From assembly GCA_002269645.1 (NCBI GenBank), contig NIVC01002541.1, forward strand, positions 151,431 through 215,430: DNA of 64,000 nucleotides, given 5' to 3'. Positions within the stretch are counted from its first letter, which is position 1; every line of letters begins with the position of its first letter. The notes under the pieces are model-generated. The model did not search any database. It was not told the DNA's origin and was given only the letters and a program-made list of their open reading frames with translations. The position numbers were made by a program, and so were the translations under genes. The DNA is from Macrostomum lignano. Lineage: Eukaryota. Below, one piece after another: positions 37,396 to 51,027 of the stretch.

Positions 37396-40345
37396 TTTTT
37401 ATTAGAAGCAAGGGGCTGTGTGCACCCTAGCGCACTTTAAGTGGCATTGACACACAACTGGCAAGAGGCATTACTGCCCATTCTTCTGATTCCCCTGAGC
37501 AGGCACACACTCACAGGAGTGTATATCAGCCAATCTAGCTGGCATAAATTGTGGTAGACATAGACTGCAATTGTGGTCGATGACCACAGGCCTTGTGATC
37601 ACAAGCTTTTCCAGCAGTGCGCCACCCCCCAGCTACTCCAGCTGGCAGCAAATTCTTTTAAACCGTATAAATCGTCTGGCCCTGACAATATCGCCCCCTG
37701 TATCCTGCAGGAGGCGCTAAAGCTGCAAAACTTTGCTGATTCTTTCTCTAAATTGCTTGTTGACTGTTATACCACAGGTTACATTCCCACAATCTGGAGA
37801 ATGTCCAGAGTCGTGTTCATCCCGAAACCTGCTAAGGGTGACTACACCAACGTGAAATCCTTCCGGCCCATCAGCCTCACTTCCTTTTGTGTTAAGCTGA
37901 TGGAGAGGCTCATCCTGTGGAGGCTTCGAGAGTGCGACCTGCGCTCCGACCCTGTCAGTAAGTACCAGTACGCCTTCCAGCCTGGGAGGACGACTGAGCA
38001 TGCTCTCCACGCCATTACCTCCAAAATTGAGAGTGCCATCCTTAGCAAACAACTCGCTTGCGGGTTGTTCGTTGACTTCGAAGGAGCATTTGACAATGTC
38101 CTCTTCCGCTCCTTCAGAAATTCTCTTTCCCGCAGGAATGTAAGACACAGCATTGTTCGCTGGATTTATTTTATGATCCGCAAAAGGTTTGTGACATCCA
38201 CACTTATGGGCGTTACCCTCACCCGGGCGGTGATGAAAGGCGGCCCGCAAGGTGGCGTGCTAACTCCACTTCTCTGGAATCTCGTCATGGACGAACTTCT
38301 AACCGCTGACATTCCCAGCAGTATCACCAGGGCGGGCTACGCCGATGACGTTGCCGCGGTCGTCAGCGGACCCGACCCCGCCACTCTGCGCAACCTGATG
38401 CAGCAATTCGCCGACAAGGCGGCCGACTGGGCTACACAGCATGGCCTAAAAATCAGCGTCACTAAGACTGTCGCTGTCGTTTTCACCAAGCGCCGTAAGT
38501 GGGAGATGAAAAACCTCACTGTCTATGGCAGAAACATCCCCTTCAAGAAGGAGGTCAAATACCTCGGTGTGACGCTAACGCATGACCTGCGCTGGACGAA
38601 GCACCTTGATAACGTCATCGGTCGGGCAAAACGCTGCTTTGCCCAGCTGCGCAGAGCCATCGGGCCGACTTGGGGCCTCTCGCCTAGAACGGTCCGTTGG
38701 ATTTATACCGGCATCATCCGGCCCAGTATCACATACGCGAGTCTCAACTGGACTAGCGTGCTGGAGCAGAAGGCCGCCCGTCAGCGGCTGTACCAGCTTC
38801 AGGGCAGCATTTGCCGTGCCATCACAGGTGCGTACCCGTCCACCCCTTACGAGGGGCTGAACACTATCCTTAACCTACCTCCGCTTCACCTATTTATTAG
38901 GGCGGAGGCTATGAAGTCTGCCTCCCGGCTTATCAGAGATAAAACGTTAAATAACGCGCCCTCTGGCTTTATGCCAATGAAAACATTAATCCCGCATATG
39001 GACTTTGTCCGCCGCGACCTTAACAACATCCACATGGACCTGGGCAATGTGGATAGTCGACCTCCCGCCCTCAACATCAGGAGGGGCTTCAAGACCGCCA
39101 TCCCTGGCCGAGACAACATTCCGCTGGATGTCGGTGTGAACCGGCGCAGCCAGGGCATTCACTGCTTCACCGACGGCTCGCTGTTCAACGGCCGCGCTGG
39201 AGCGGGTATTGCCATTTTCCACGAGGGTAAGATGCTTCTCCAGGAAAGTCTGCACCTCGGTGAGAACACCTCAGTTTTCCAAGCTGAAATTTGCGCCATT
39301 GAGCAGTGTGCCCAGCAACTGTTTCAGGCGAACATTAATAATTTTGACATTAATTTCTACACTGATAGCCAAGCTGCTATTAAGGCCTTAACCACTGAGA
39401 ATATCTCCGCTGCTACAGTATCTCAATGCCACCGCAGTGTGCAATCTCTCTCAGTCCTTAACAGGATTAGAATTATCTGGACACCTGGTCACAGCAACAT
39501 CCTGGGCAACGAGCTCGCGGACTCTCTCGCCAAGGAGGGCAGCAACCCAGACGGCAACCACCGTCTGATGAGGCTACCCACCCCCAGGTCGCAAGTCACC
39601 CGCCATATCAACAGGTGGCTCCATCAGCAGCACCAGCTCCACTGGAACAGCTGCACCGAGTACAGGCAGAGCCGCTCTGCCATGCCTAACCTGAACAGGA
39701 AAGTCTCTGATTATCTGATTTCGCTTAACAGAACCGACCTCAGGGAGATGTGCATGGTCCTAACCGGCCACGGATTCTTCCAGAGACATATATCGTTGCA
39801 AACCGGTTGCCCTCCCACCTGTCCCTTCTGTGGCATAGGAGAGGAGACCGCGGAGCATCACGTCACCTTCTGCCCTTACTTCAACAAGGCGCGGCACAAA
39901 TACCTCGGCCACCCCCAGCGGATGGACGAGCTGACCACCGCGGACAATATCCGAGACCTCCGCGCCTTCGTCCGGGACTCCGGCCGGATGAGGGTCGCCG
40001 ATGCCTCCACTGCGGACCTGCCGACTACTGGCGGGGACTGGGCGCACCCCCAAGGCTAATCCTTGTGCTCTTTTACCTTGGGGTTGCGATAGGGGCCTCG
40101 CGGCCTATTCGCGGCGCCTGCGCCCCCCGTCAGTAGTAAGTAAGTAAGTAGACTGCAATTGTAAATTTCACATTTTCAGCCAAAACCAAGTTACATGGCT
40201 AGTGTAATCTCAGATTTTGTGCATGCATGATAGCAGGCCTAACTTATTTATCATAAGATGTATGCCTTGGGAAGCTGGGATTGGCTTTCAATGGTATTAA
40301 CTGCATAAGCAGAGCCAAGCCAAGATTCTAATTTAGCCCTTAATT
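37396..40345 (-). mobile_element. Older copy of the same SINE, split by the LINE insertion
   Basis: 37396-~37525 matches 36105-36265, and ~40230-40345 matches 36265-36385 (e.g. GCAGAGCCAAGCC.AGATTC.AATT.AGCCC). Confidence 0.75.
37575..40148 (+). mobile_element. 5'-truncated non-LTR retrotransposon (RT + RNase H + CCHC; I-group, LOA/R1-like)
   Basis: An uninterrupted ORF at 37573-40059 contains [26 protein letters not shown], RNase H ([29 protein letters not shown]) and CPFC...EH...C. The 3' tail is (TAAG)n. A 14-bp TSD TAGACTGCAATTGT lies at 37561-37574 and 40149-40162. Confidence 0.93.
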
Positions 40346-43300
40346 AATTCCAGATTCATCAAAAATAAGATCAATAAAAGCTATTTTGCCAAGGTAAGAG
40401 CAACCTTTCTGATTTTAACTTGCCAATTGGCTAGTGAGTCAACTAAATATCTAACAAACAAAAATAATAAAAGCTAGTCTATTATATTTCAATTTAGTTA
40501 TACAATATATTATAATTATATGCTGGGTTTTTTGCTGGCACTAAGATGTGAGATTATATCCAAGGTCAAATTATAGAATACAATTTGGAAAGTCAATATA
40601 TTATATAGCATCTCTATTAATGGCTATTGTATAAAAAACCTAAAAAACCTACTAGGCCTAGATTTTTTGCTAGTGCTAGGATATAAAATTATATCCAAGG
40701 TCTAATTTATAGATGTAGGGTGCAAGCCTAACTTAGAAAGTCAAGATGCTATATAGACCTATAGGCTAGGTAAGCCTATTTACTATATAGCTAAATAATG
40801 TATAACTTTGGCCAATTAGTTATTACCAACATTAAAATAAATATAATAGGATTGGGATGGCTACACACTAAATGATAAATGGAATAGGGTGGCTGACTAA
40901 GAGTGAAAGATGAATGAGTCATTATGCTAATTGCCATTTTCCACACTTCTTACAGATACTATTTTTGGGGGAAATTCTTATATGCAACAAGGTTCTAAAT
41001 AGTCTAATACTGCATGCATGGCAAGTATCAAAGGTTTAGCAAAGCTTTTGGCATGCTCTGCCTAGTAGTGCTATAAACTTTTTTTATTGGCATGCCACAA
41101 CTGTCAAAAGACCAAAGAAGGTCCTATAGCTTATATTGTTGCAATTCTAGAAAAGGTCCTTAGGCTTTATTGTTATGCTTGTATAACCATGAAATTTGCC
41201 TCTGGTTCATTGGTGCATACTCAATGGATTTGATCCAATCCTCCAACATGTAACATGTAAGGCAAAAAATTCTCATATACATAGTGCATATATAGGACCA
41301 TAGGCCATTTGCTTAGTTTGTTATATAAATTAACTATATAGTAGAAGTCAAACAAGATCTAGATCTCAATTTTGGCACTTTTTTCAATCTTAATATTAGT
41401 TTCAAGATCTTGAAAAAAAGTCAAGATTTATACTGTAACTATGTGACATTAGTAACTAACTATAGCATTTATCATCTTTGATATTTAAATTAATAACAAT
41501 GTTGTTATTAACAAGTTAAATATTATATAATAATTGTTTTTCTTTTTTTTCTTTATATATAATCATTGTATACATTTAAAAAATGAATACAAATATTATT
41601 ATTAGCATTGCTAACTATAGTTTAGATTATATATTAGTATATGCTAGGTCTAATGCTAGAAAAAATGTATGGGTCCTCATTTGTATGCCAGGACTAGAAA
41701 TGTATTATTAATATAACATTTCCACTGTGTTATATACTAATCACTAATGTTTCCATTGGGATATATGCTAATATAGGCCTATGTTGAAAAATGGCAAATA
41801 GGCCTACATTGTATATGGGATAAAACAAGTAATAAGTTATTAAATAAGTTCTATGAGTTGCAATTTGCAGATTTGAGGGAAAGGGTCCAATTTGCAATTC
41901 ACTATGACACTATATTGCTAAGCTACTGGCTGCCATGCATGCAATTAAAATACTAGGCCTTGGTGGATAGCTAGAATGTATGTAATTTAAATACTATGTG
42001 GTGTGGTTGTGGATAGCTGCCGTGCATATAATTTAAACACTAGGTGGACAGCTAACTATGCACACAAGCTCTCTATATATTTTAATGTTATAATTATCAG
42101 TAGAAACTGATTGGCCAAAGTTATATGCTAGATATGATAAAGATATAATTATCATATCAGGCCTACAATTATAGATCTACTCATAAAAAAGCTACTGTTT
42201 TTATGGCATGCTAAGCTAGCCATATATAGAGATTGCCAGCCTTCTAAATAATCAACATAATTTGCCAAGTTAGGGCCTACTTGTGCTATGCCCAGGGGCA
42301 TAGCCAAGAATTTCCTACAGGGGGATATATACACCAAGGTGAATTTTCTATGAGAGGGATACACCAAGGTAAAAGTGCTATGACACCAAGGTAAGAGTCA
42401 CATGGTAGCATGTATAGCAACAAAGGGCAACAAAAAAGTTTTGGTCAGGCTCTTTGGGGGGATACATCCCCCCTATTGGACCCTATCCCCCCTCTCTACG
42501 CCTCTGGCTAGGCCACCTAGCCAGAGGCTAGGCCTAGCCTAGGACTATTTCATCTTGCTGTTTAAGTACTAAGGCCTAGGCATAGTCCCTGCACCTAAGC
42601 ACCTTAGTAAAAACGTTACTAAGTTATTGGTTCAGAACCGTGTTAGGCACTGTGTTAGGCAGGCCTACAAGGACAACTCAAGTAGCCAGCCAGCAGGCCT
42701 ACTGGCTAGGCCCTACCCTACTGATTTTGAAACTGGAATTTAGATGGATTTAATTCTGTCTATGACGTTTCCTGTAAAGGCTAGAATATTTAAATAACTT
42801 TAATTCTTTCATTTTCCTACAGATAAGATAGTTCCAGATCAATTTTTTGTTTTGGAACCAGTTCTTATTACAAGGTTAACAAAACAACAGTCATGCTCAG
42901 GCATGCTCATGCACCTGCATGTGCGATATTAGCTCGATATTGGGTCTGTATAAAAGCTAGCACTGGCATCACTGGCATCAATGTAGTTAAACAAAAGTTT
43001 TATGAAATTTTAATTTACTAACAACTCGATGTTTTTTTAAACACAATTTATGTCGTTTTTTACAAATTAATGCATTAGCTGTTAAGAAATTTGTCTATAA
43101 AGCTTCAGCTTTATTGATATCTAAAAGATTCAATATTCAACTCATAGCCACTAAATTTTATTCTAGGTACACGTAGTATTGTATAAAAGCTACGTATTGT
43201 ATAAAAGCTAAGCTATAAAATTATAAATGCAAATTGATGATTGCACGCTTGTATGTATATGAACGGAACTTAAAGTGTATAAATCTGTGATTTTTACTTA

Positions 43301-45109
43301 TACTATACTAATAAATCTTAATTTTACTTAATAAGGTGATTTCATTTCATCCGAAGTCATTCGATCATATACTAAATATTTGGATGCTACATTCATTCGT
43401 GGTTCGTTCAAGTAAAAACCAAGGATAATATAAAAATAACTAAACTGAAAGTCAAGGATACAAATTTCTTGGACATAAAATAGCTACATTGTTCAGGATT
43501 TGACTGAAAAATGTACACTCCCACAATCATGTTTTTTATTTGCATATATTAGCCTTGGTACACTTTGTAGTATCCTTCTTGAAGTATTGATTTGGCGGCC
43601 GTATACTTTATAACTGAAAATTTATGTGTGAAAACTCACACAATATTTGAACGAAAGCACTATGAAACTTGCATGAAACAATTAAATTTGGCGATATAAA
43701 CATTAATTGCAACCATGAAAAAGAGGTATATAATTTTTAAGAAAAGAAATTCATAATTTCCAAAGAAAGTAAAAATACATTTAAAATGAGCAAGAAGCAA
43801 CATTACCTGCTAAATTTTTGTGTTGTCAAAGTCCCAGAAGAAGCAAACTAGATGCTGAAATATAGATTATTTTTATTTTGAGACAATACAGAAATATTTA
43901 ATCAACAACCATGCAAACTCTTTGTAATGAAAAATAACTAAAGGATCAAGGAATAAAACTGTAAATATGACAAGAAAAAAACTATAAGTAAAAACATAAA
44001 CATGAGATGACATGTAAATTTTTGGTGAATTATGAATGGATTTTCTTGATAGGAAAATTTATTATTAAAAAGTTAGTATTTTCTCATTAAAAATTCACAA
44101 AATGAAGCTGGGTTGTTGCATTTCCATGCTACTTTTATACCTACTGAATTACAAGGAACTGGCAAGTATAGCCTGAGACTGCCTACAGCCAAAACCAGGT
44201 GTGTGTACATCCAGATGTTGTCGCCAGAAGGTCGCTTAAGGAAACAGAGTCGCAGTGCCCTACTAATAGGTAACTTCGCATTGGCGTTTTGTTGCGACCT
44301 TGCAATTTTCGTTATGCCACCATTGTAATTTTTGTTAACTGGTTAAGTAACCATAGTAAAATTTCTATACATGTAAAAGGAAGTGATGTAATTACTCTGT
44401 ATGTATATACGAGCGTAGAATTACTTTTTCATGCAATACATGTATGTGTGTCATGTTGAAAATTATCTAGAACAATTAGTTGACTTTAAGACATCATTTA
44501 CTGACCTAATAAGTGTACATATTGCTTCGAATTAAAGACGGCCTAATCAAATAAAATTTAATATTGTGGCCGAGTTACAGCCCACAGACATGTATGCATC
44601 CAGATGGGGGCTAAGACGGATATTCTCTGAGTTAATCAACAAATCAGGGCAGATATAACCGTCTGAGCTAAACAGAATTAAATGTATTAAGATCGACATG
44701 CAAAGCTGATATGAAAGAAATCAAAGGTGGATTATGCACTCAATGTGCCATAATGCAGTATGTTAACAGGTTACATATATATATACAGTTGGCTCAAGTA
44801 ATTGAAGACACGCAGTGATAAGAAAGAACTGTATATTTTGTTCATTGAAAAATTGCAATTCATTTTATGATTTTACACAAATTTAAATTTTGTGCCATAT
44901 AGGAGCAAAGGCAGAGTGCAAAAAACGAAGTTCATAGCGAGGCTCGAGAAAATGATAACGATAAAAAGGAGTTTATTGTCATTTGATTAGCTTGTATAAC
45001 TAGCAATCTTCGCCCCCCGATGGGGGACATCTAAATAGAATATCTGTTCTCTAAAAGTAACAAAAAGACAGCGAAATAAAGCTTTCACAAAGACAACAGA
45101 CATTCCATC

Positions 45110-48060
45110 TGTAAAGAAAACATCCCCAGACAGCATGCAAGCATCTCCCAGATAGCATGCAAGCATCTCCCAGATAGCAAGCATCCCCCAAATAGCAAGA
45201 ATCCCCCAGATAGCAAGCATCCCCAGACAGCATGCAAGCATCTTCCAGATAGCAAGCATCCCCCAGATAGCAAGCATCCCCAGACAGCATGCAAGCATCT
45301 CCCAGATAGCACGAATCCCCCAGATATATCAAGCATCCCCAGACAGCACTCAAGCATCCCCCAGATAGCAAGAATCCCCCAGATATATCAAGCATCCCCA
45401 GACAGCACTCAAGCATCCCCCAGATAGCAAGAATCCCCCAGATAGCAAGCATCTCCCAGATAGCAAGAATCGCCCAGATAGCAAGCATCCCCAGACAGCA
45501 TGCAAGCATCCCCAGACAGCATGCAAGCATCCCCAGACAGCATGCAACCATCCCCCAGATAGCAAGCATCCCTGGATACAAAGAATCCTTATAGATAGCT
45601 AGCAACCCCCTCTCAGATAGCAAGTACCCTCCACTCCCCAAGAGCAAGCATCCCCCAATAGCAAGTTACCCCAGATAGCAAGCATTCTTCCGATAGCAAG
45701 CATCCCTCCCCCCAATAGCAAGCATCACTCAGATAGCAAGCATCCCCCTGATAGCAAGAATCCATCCTTAAATAGCAAGCATCCACCAGACATCAAGTAG
45801 CTAGTGCAATAATTTCCTTAGCTTTATAGTGGCTCCATTTTGTTTGGCATGACACTTCTTTTTATGTTTGACATGGTGGCTCTTTTATGTTTGACATGGA
45901 CACATGGTGGCTCTTCTATGTTTGACATGGACACATGGTGTCTCTTCTATGTTTGACATGGTGGCTCTTCTATGTTTGACATGGTAGCTCTTTAATGTTT
46001 GACATGGAGTCGCGTATATGTTTGACATAGTGGCTCTTTAATGATTGACATCGTGGTTCTTTAATGTTTGACATGGTGTCTCTGTTATGTTTGACATGAT
46101 GGCTCAGTTGTTCGACATGGTGTCTCTTCTATGTTTGACATGGTGGCTCTTTTGTGTTTGACATTGTGGCTCTTTAATGTTTGACATGGTGGCTCTTCTA
46201 TGTTTGACATGGTAGCACTTTAATCTTCGACATGGTGGCTCTTTAATTTTTGACATTGTGGCTCTTTAATGTTTGATATGGTGGCTCTTTTATGTTTGAC
46301 ATGGTGGCTCTTTAATGTTTGACATGGAGTAATGTATATGCTTGACGTGGTGGTTCTTTTATGGTTGACATGGTGGCTTTTTTATGTTTGACATGGCGGC
46401 TCTTTTATGTTTGGCATGGTGGCTCTTTTATGTTCGACATGGTGGCTCAATAATGTTCGACATGGTGGCTCTTTTATGTTTGACATGGTGGCTCTTTTAT
46501 GTTCGACATGGTGGCTCTTTAATGTTTGGCATGGTGGCTCTTTAATGTTTGATATGGTGGCTCTTTAATGTTTGACATGGTGGCTCTTTTATGTTTGACA
46601 TGGAGTAATGTATATGCTTGACGTGGTGGTTCTTTTATGGTTGACATGGTGGCTCTTTTATGTTCGACATGGTGGCTCTTCAATGTTTGACATGGTACCT
46701 CTTTTATGTTCGACATAGTGGCTCTATAATGTTTTACATGGTGGCTCTTGAATGTTTGACATGGTGGCTGTTTTATGTTTGACATGATGGCTCTTTAATG
46801 TTCGACATGGTGGCTCTTTTATGTTTGACATTGTAGTTCTTTTATGTTTGATATGGTGGCTCTTTTATGTTCGACATGGTGGCTCTTTAATGTTCGACAT
46901 GGTGGCTCTTTTAGGTTTGAAGTGGTGGCTCTTTTGTGTTTGACATTGTGGCTCTTTAATGTTTCACATGGTGGCTCTTTAATTTTTGACATTGTGGCTC
47001 TTTAATGTCTGACATGGTGGCTCAATAATGTTCGACATGGTGGCTCTTTTATGTTTGACATTGTAGTTCTTTTATGTTTGATATGGTGGCTCTTTTATGT
47101 TCGACATGGTAGCTCTTTAATGTTTGACATGGTGGCTCTTTTATGTTTGACATTGTGGCTCTTTAATGTTTGACATGGTGGCTCTTTTATGTTCGACATG
47201 TTGGCTCTTTTATGTTTGGCATGGTGGCTCTTTAATGTCTGACATGGTGGCTCAATAATGTTCGACATGGTGGCTCTTTTATGTTTGACATGCTGGCTCT
47301 TTAATGTTTTACATGGTGGCTCTTTAATATTTGACATGGTGGCCCTTTTATGTTCGACATGGTGGCTCTTCAATGTTTGACATGGTACCTCTTTTATGTT
47401 CGACATAGTGGCTCTTTAATGTTTGACATGGTGACTCTTTTATGTTCTACATGGTGGTTCTTTAATGTTTGATAAGGCGGCTCTTTAATGTTCTTAATGG
47501 TGTCTGTTTTATGTTTGACATGGTGGCTTTTTAATGTTCGACATGGTGGCTCTTTAATGTTCTTAATGGTAACTCTTTTTTTTGTTCGAAATAGTGGCTC
47601 TTTTATGTTTGACATGGTGGCTCTTTAATGTTTTACATGGTGGCTCTTTTATGTTTGACATGGTGACTCTTTTATGTTCTACATGGTAGATCTTTTATGT
47701 TCGACATGGTGGCTCTTTAATGTTTGATAAGGTGGCTCTTTCATGTTCGACATGGTGGCTCTTTTAGGTTTGAAATGGTGGCTCTTTTATGTTTGACATG
47801 GTGGCTTTTTATTGTTCGACATGGTGGCTCTTTAATGTTCTTTATGGTGTCTGTTTTATGTTTGACATGGTGGCTCTTTAATGTTTCGACATGGTGGCTC
47901 TTTTATGTTCTTAATGGTGTCTGTTTTATGTTTGACATGGAGGCTTTTTAATGTTCGACATGGTGGCTCTTTAATGTTCTTAATGGTAACTCTTTTTTTG
48001 TTCGAAATGGTGGCTCTTTTATGTTTGACATGGTGGCTCTAGTATGTTTGACATTGCGCT
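45110..48060. repeat. Two arrays: ~18-bp GATAGCAAGCATCCCC type (45110-45800) and 23-bp CATGGTGGCTCTTTTATGTTTGA (45850-48060)
   Basis: Direct reading; both lie inside the Mutator-like element. Confidence 0.95.
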
Positions 48061-48109
48061 TCTTTTATGTTTAGCAGTTTTTTGTTTTTAAGGTGTTTTA
48101 ATAAAAAAA

Positions 48110-48182
48110 TCATTTTCGCTACCAAGATTCGAACCCAGGTCGCTACATTAGCAGTCCAGTCTGTTTGCATCTAGGCTATCTT
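48110..48182 (-). pseudogene. Degenerate tRNA-like sequence (tRNA pseudogene or SINE head)
   Basis: TAGCCTAGA...TGGACTGCTAAT...GGGTTCGAATC followed by a T7 run. The anticodon and acceptor stems do not pair. Confidence 0.4.
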
Positions 48183-51027
48183 TTATCAATTGGAGCACAT
48201 GAATTGTGGCCCTTATAATTCAATTCTTACAGTAAAAATTTATGACATAATCAATTTCTCAGTCAGCCAGTATCAGTCTTAATTTAAGTTAGCAATATTG
48301 TTACGCAATTTTAATCAAGTCTTGTGTGCGTTTCTGTGGCACTGTTTTCACCTTGTTGTGATGCAATCTTTATCAGAATTAAAATTCAGCCAGTCAGTTT
48401 TTTCTCTAGCATTCTTACAATGCATTTCAAGTCGAAAATTTTGCTTGACCTTTGCAAGAAAGCATGTTTTTCGAATATTTAATCCCTTTAACATTGAGCA
48501 ATTTCTTAGCCAAGATGCATGTACCGTCCCAGGAAAATTTCTGATCGAATGGTGCAAGTTTGAAAAAAATCGGTTGAGCCAATTTTTCTGAAATCAATCG
48601 CATACCCATATACATACATACATACAGACAACTCATTTTTAGTATATAGGAAATGCATATCAAGTCAATGCAAAATGCCAGTGGAAATTAAAAAAATCGA
48701 TGATTTAGAATTTTGCTTATTACGTTCTTAAAAAGTGCAATAAAATCTAAAATTTTAATAATAATTATATATATATTTTTAGTTAAACTGACACCTGACT
48801 TTTATTAAATATGAACATTAGAAAAATATTTGTTTTAGTACACTGCTGCCAGTGATGCCAGTATGCCAGTGTCTGTTGCCAGCTTTTATACAGACCCCTC
48901 GATATCAACCCAATTGACCTGCTTCGCAGATATTACCGACTGTTAATAAGTAGAATAGTAAAAAAATTGAATAAGTTATTTGCTCACCATTCAGTCGGAA
49001 CGAATAAAAATGGCGAAATAAATTGAACTTTAAAATCTTACAATTTGTTTTATTTATATGCCGTGGTAACTATTTGAATTATCTATTTTCTACGATTTTA
49101 CCCTTGAAATATGGAAAGAATGAAGGAATGTGACCGTGGCTAATTGTCTTGCCTTTGATTATTACTAAAAATACTTTAGCTCACCATTAAGAAAATTAAC
49201 CATCGATCAATTTTTAACGACGCCCGCTTTTTGTTGCCATCACTCTTAAAAAAACTTACTTGTATGAATATGATTTCATATTTCTAGGCTTTATACAAGA
49301 GTAACATATGTCTTTAGTAAGAAGAATATGAAAAGGAGCTGGCTTTTTGTCATATGCCTACATTATTGTTTAAAATGTCTCTAAAATGTTCAAAAAAGTT
49401 ACTTTATTCTTTAAAAAACTGGTTTTTGACACTAGAATTTCATTTTAGTTGGATCTCAAGATAATTTACTACCATGTTGTAAACTAAAATTACCTATTAC
49501 TTAATCACGTTTTGTTGCATCGAAAACTGATGTCAGTTTATTAATACTATTAATTTTATGAAAATTTACTTATTATATTCTTTGGACAATAAGTTGTAGT
49601 CAATTTAAATGTAGTGTCCGATTTTGTCTCTTAGAGATTGCCACAATTGTTAGAGTCGTAAACAAAAGGACATACTGATTTGCTGTTATACTGCGAAACA
49701 TGAAGATGTGTAGGTATTTATATATTAATAAATTGTCGTTAAAATACATATCTTATTAACATTCGATTTATACATTCAAATTCTTAGTTCGCACGTTTTA
49801 GTACAAGTTCAAGAGACTTTAATTATAGGTGGACTCTATTACCAATGACAAAAACAATCTTTATGTTACACTGCGGTCTGCATATGGTTATTTATTTGGA
49901 ATGCCACTGAGTACTCTGCATTATTAATTATCAATCAAAGGTTCAAAAAACATTTGAAGACTGCTTAAAAGCACTGAGTTTTTTGTGTCTGTCTGCAACT
50001 GATGTAGCAGTTGATTCCTCCAAGACAGTAGGAAGGAGACGCGCAACTATTTCCCCATCTTATAATCCATTAACCAAATTATAGACAGTGAAATTCGATA
50101 CGGACTAGAAGATTAATCGAATGCAGCAGTTCGTAAGTAATACTGAAAGAAGAACGCGTACTGTCAATTTGAATTCTAACGGCTAATTTATTTTTTCAGG
50201 TCAGTATATATAATTGATTGCTGGCCAAACCTTATCGACAAATCATCAGCAAACACTAAATTAAGCCATTTTTTTCTCGCAGTGCAAGTAGAACACAAAA
50301 CTAACGTGTGCAGCATGTATTCGCACGCCAAAACCAGGGGGGGGGCTGCGGACCCCCTTGCTTCGCCTGATTCTCCTATTTAGGGCGAAAGTTCCCATTG
50401 GCTAGCTGGCACAATTGGCCGGCACAGCGGCTTGGTTCCCCCCACTCGTCATTCTTTTCTATTTTCCCCTCTCTCCCTCTTCCACTCCCCCATTCCAACC
50501 GACCCTTCACTTCCCTCTGTCTGTCTTTGGCTTCACCTCGTTCTATTTCGCCAGCGAAGGAGGAAGAGTGCAGTAGCGGCTCCCCATCGCCCCGGCAGCG
50601 ACCGCTTCGGCAGCCGAACGCGTCCAGGCTTCAACCCCCAGCCAAGCCAAGCTTCTAAAAGCAATATTGCTGCCACTTCCTTGGCGCTATTTTTCTTCTT
50701 TAAAAACTCTCTCTCTCTCTTTCTCTCTCTCTCACCCTTCCATTCCCTGCCAAACTGCCTTCTCCCCCCATTACAGCCAGTTGCTCTCGCCTAACCCCAA
50801 GCAGCCCTCCCACCCGAAAAGACGGAGCAATTTACCCCCGCTCAAACAGACCGCCAGTAGTGATCAAGAATTGCATAAGCTACACTTGAGCTTGAGTTGC
50901 TGCCATAGACTACTAGTTAGCTCACGTGCTCAGGCCTGCATAGCAACACCGCACTGCACCACTCCAGCGGCATCGAAGCCAATCCTTCACGGCCTCGGCT
51001 GCTGCTGAAGCCGGCGACGGCGCCATC

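Larger units (their letters stand above)
42942..48897. mobile_element. Non-autonomous Mutator-like TIR element (~5.96 kb)
   Basis: Imperfect ~55-bp TIRs start GGGTCTGTATAAAAGCT. The 9-bp flanks are CTCGATATT (42933-42941) and CTCGATATC (48898-48906). The interior is AT-rich with no intact transposase. Confidence 0.7.

Noticed and set aside
42440-42510. GGGGGGATACATCCCCCC hairpin and a similar G/C-run motif at ~50335-50375 as transposon ends
   Set aside because: No partner terminus or TSD could be located.
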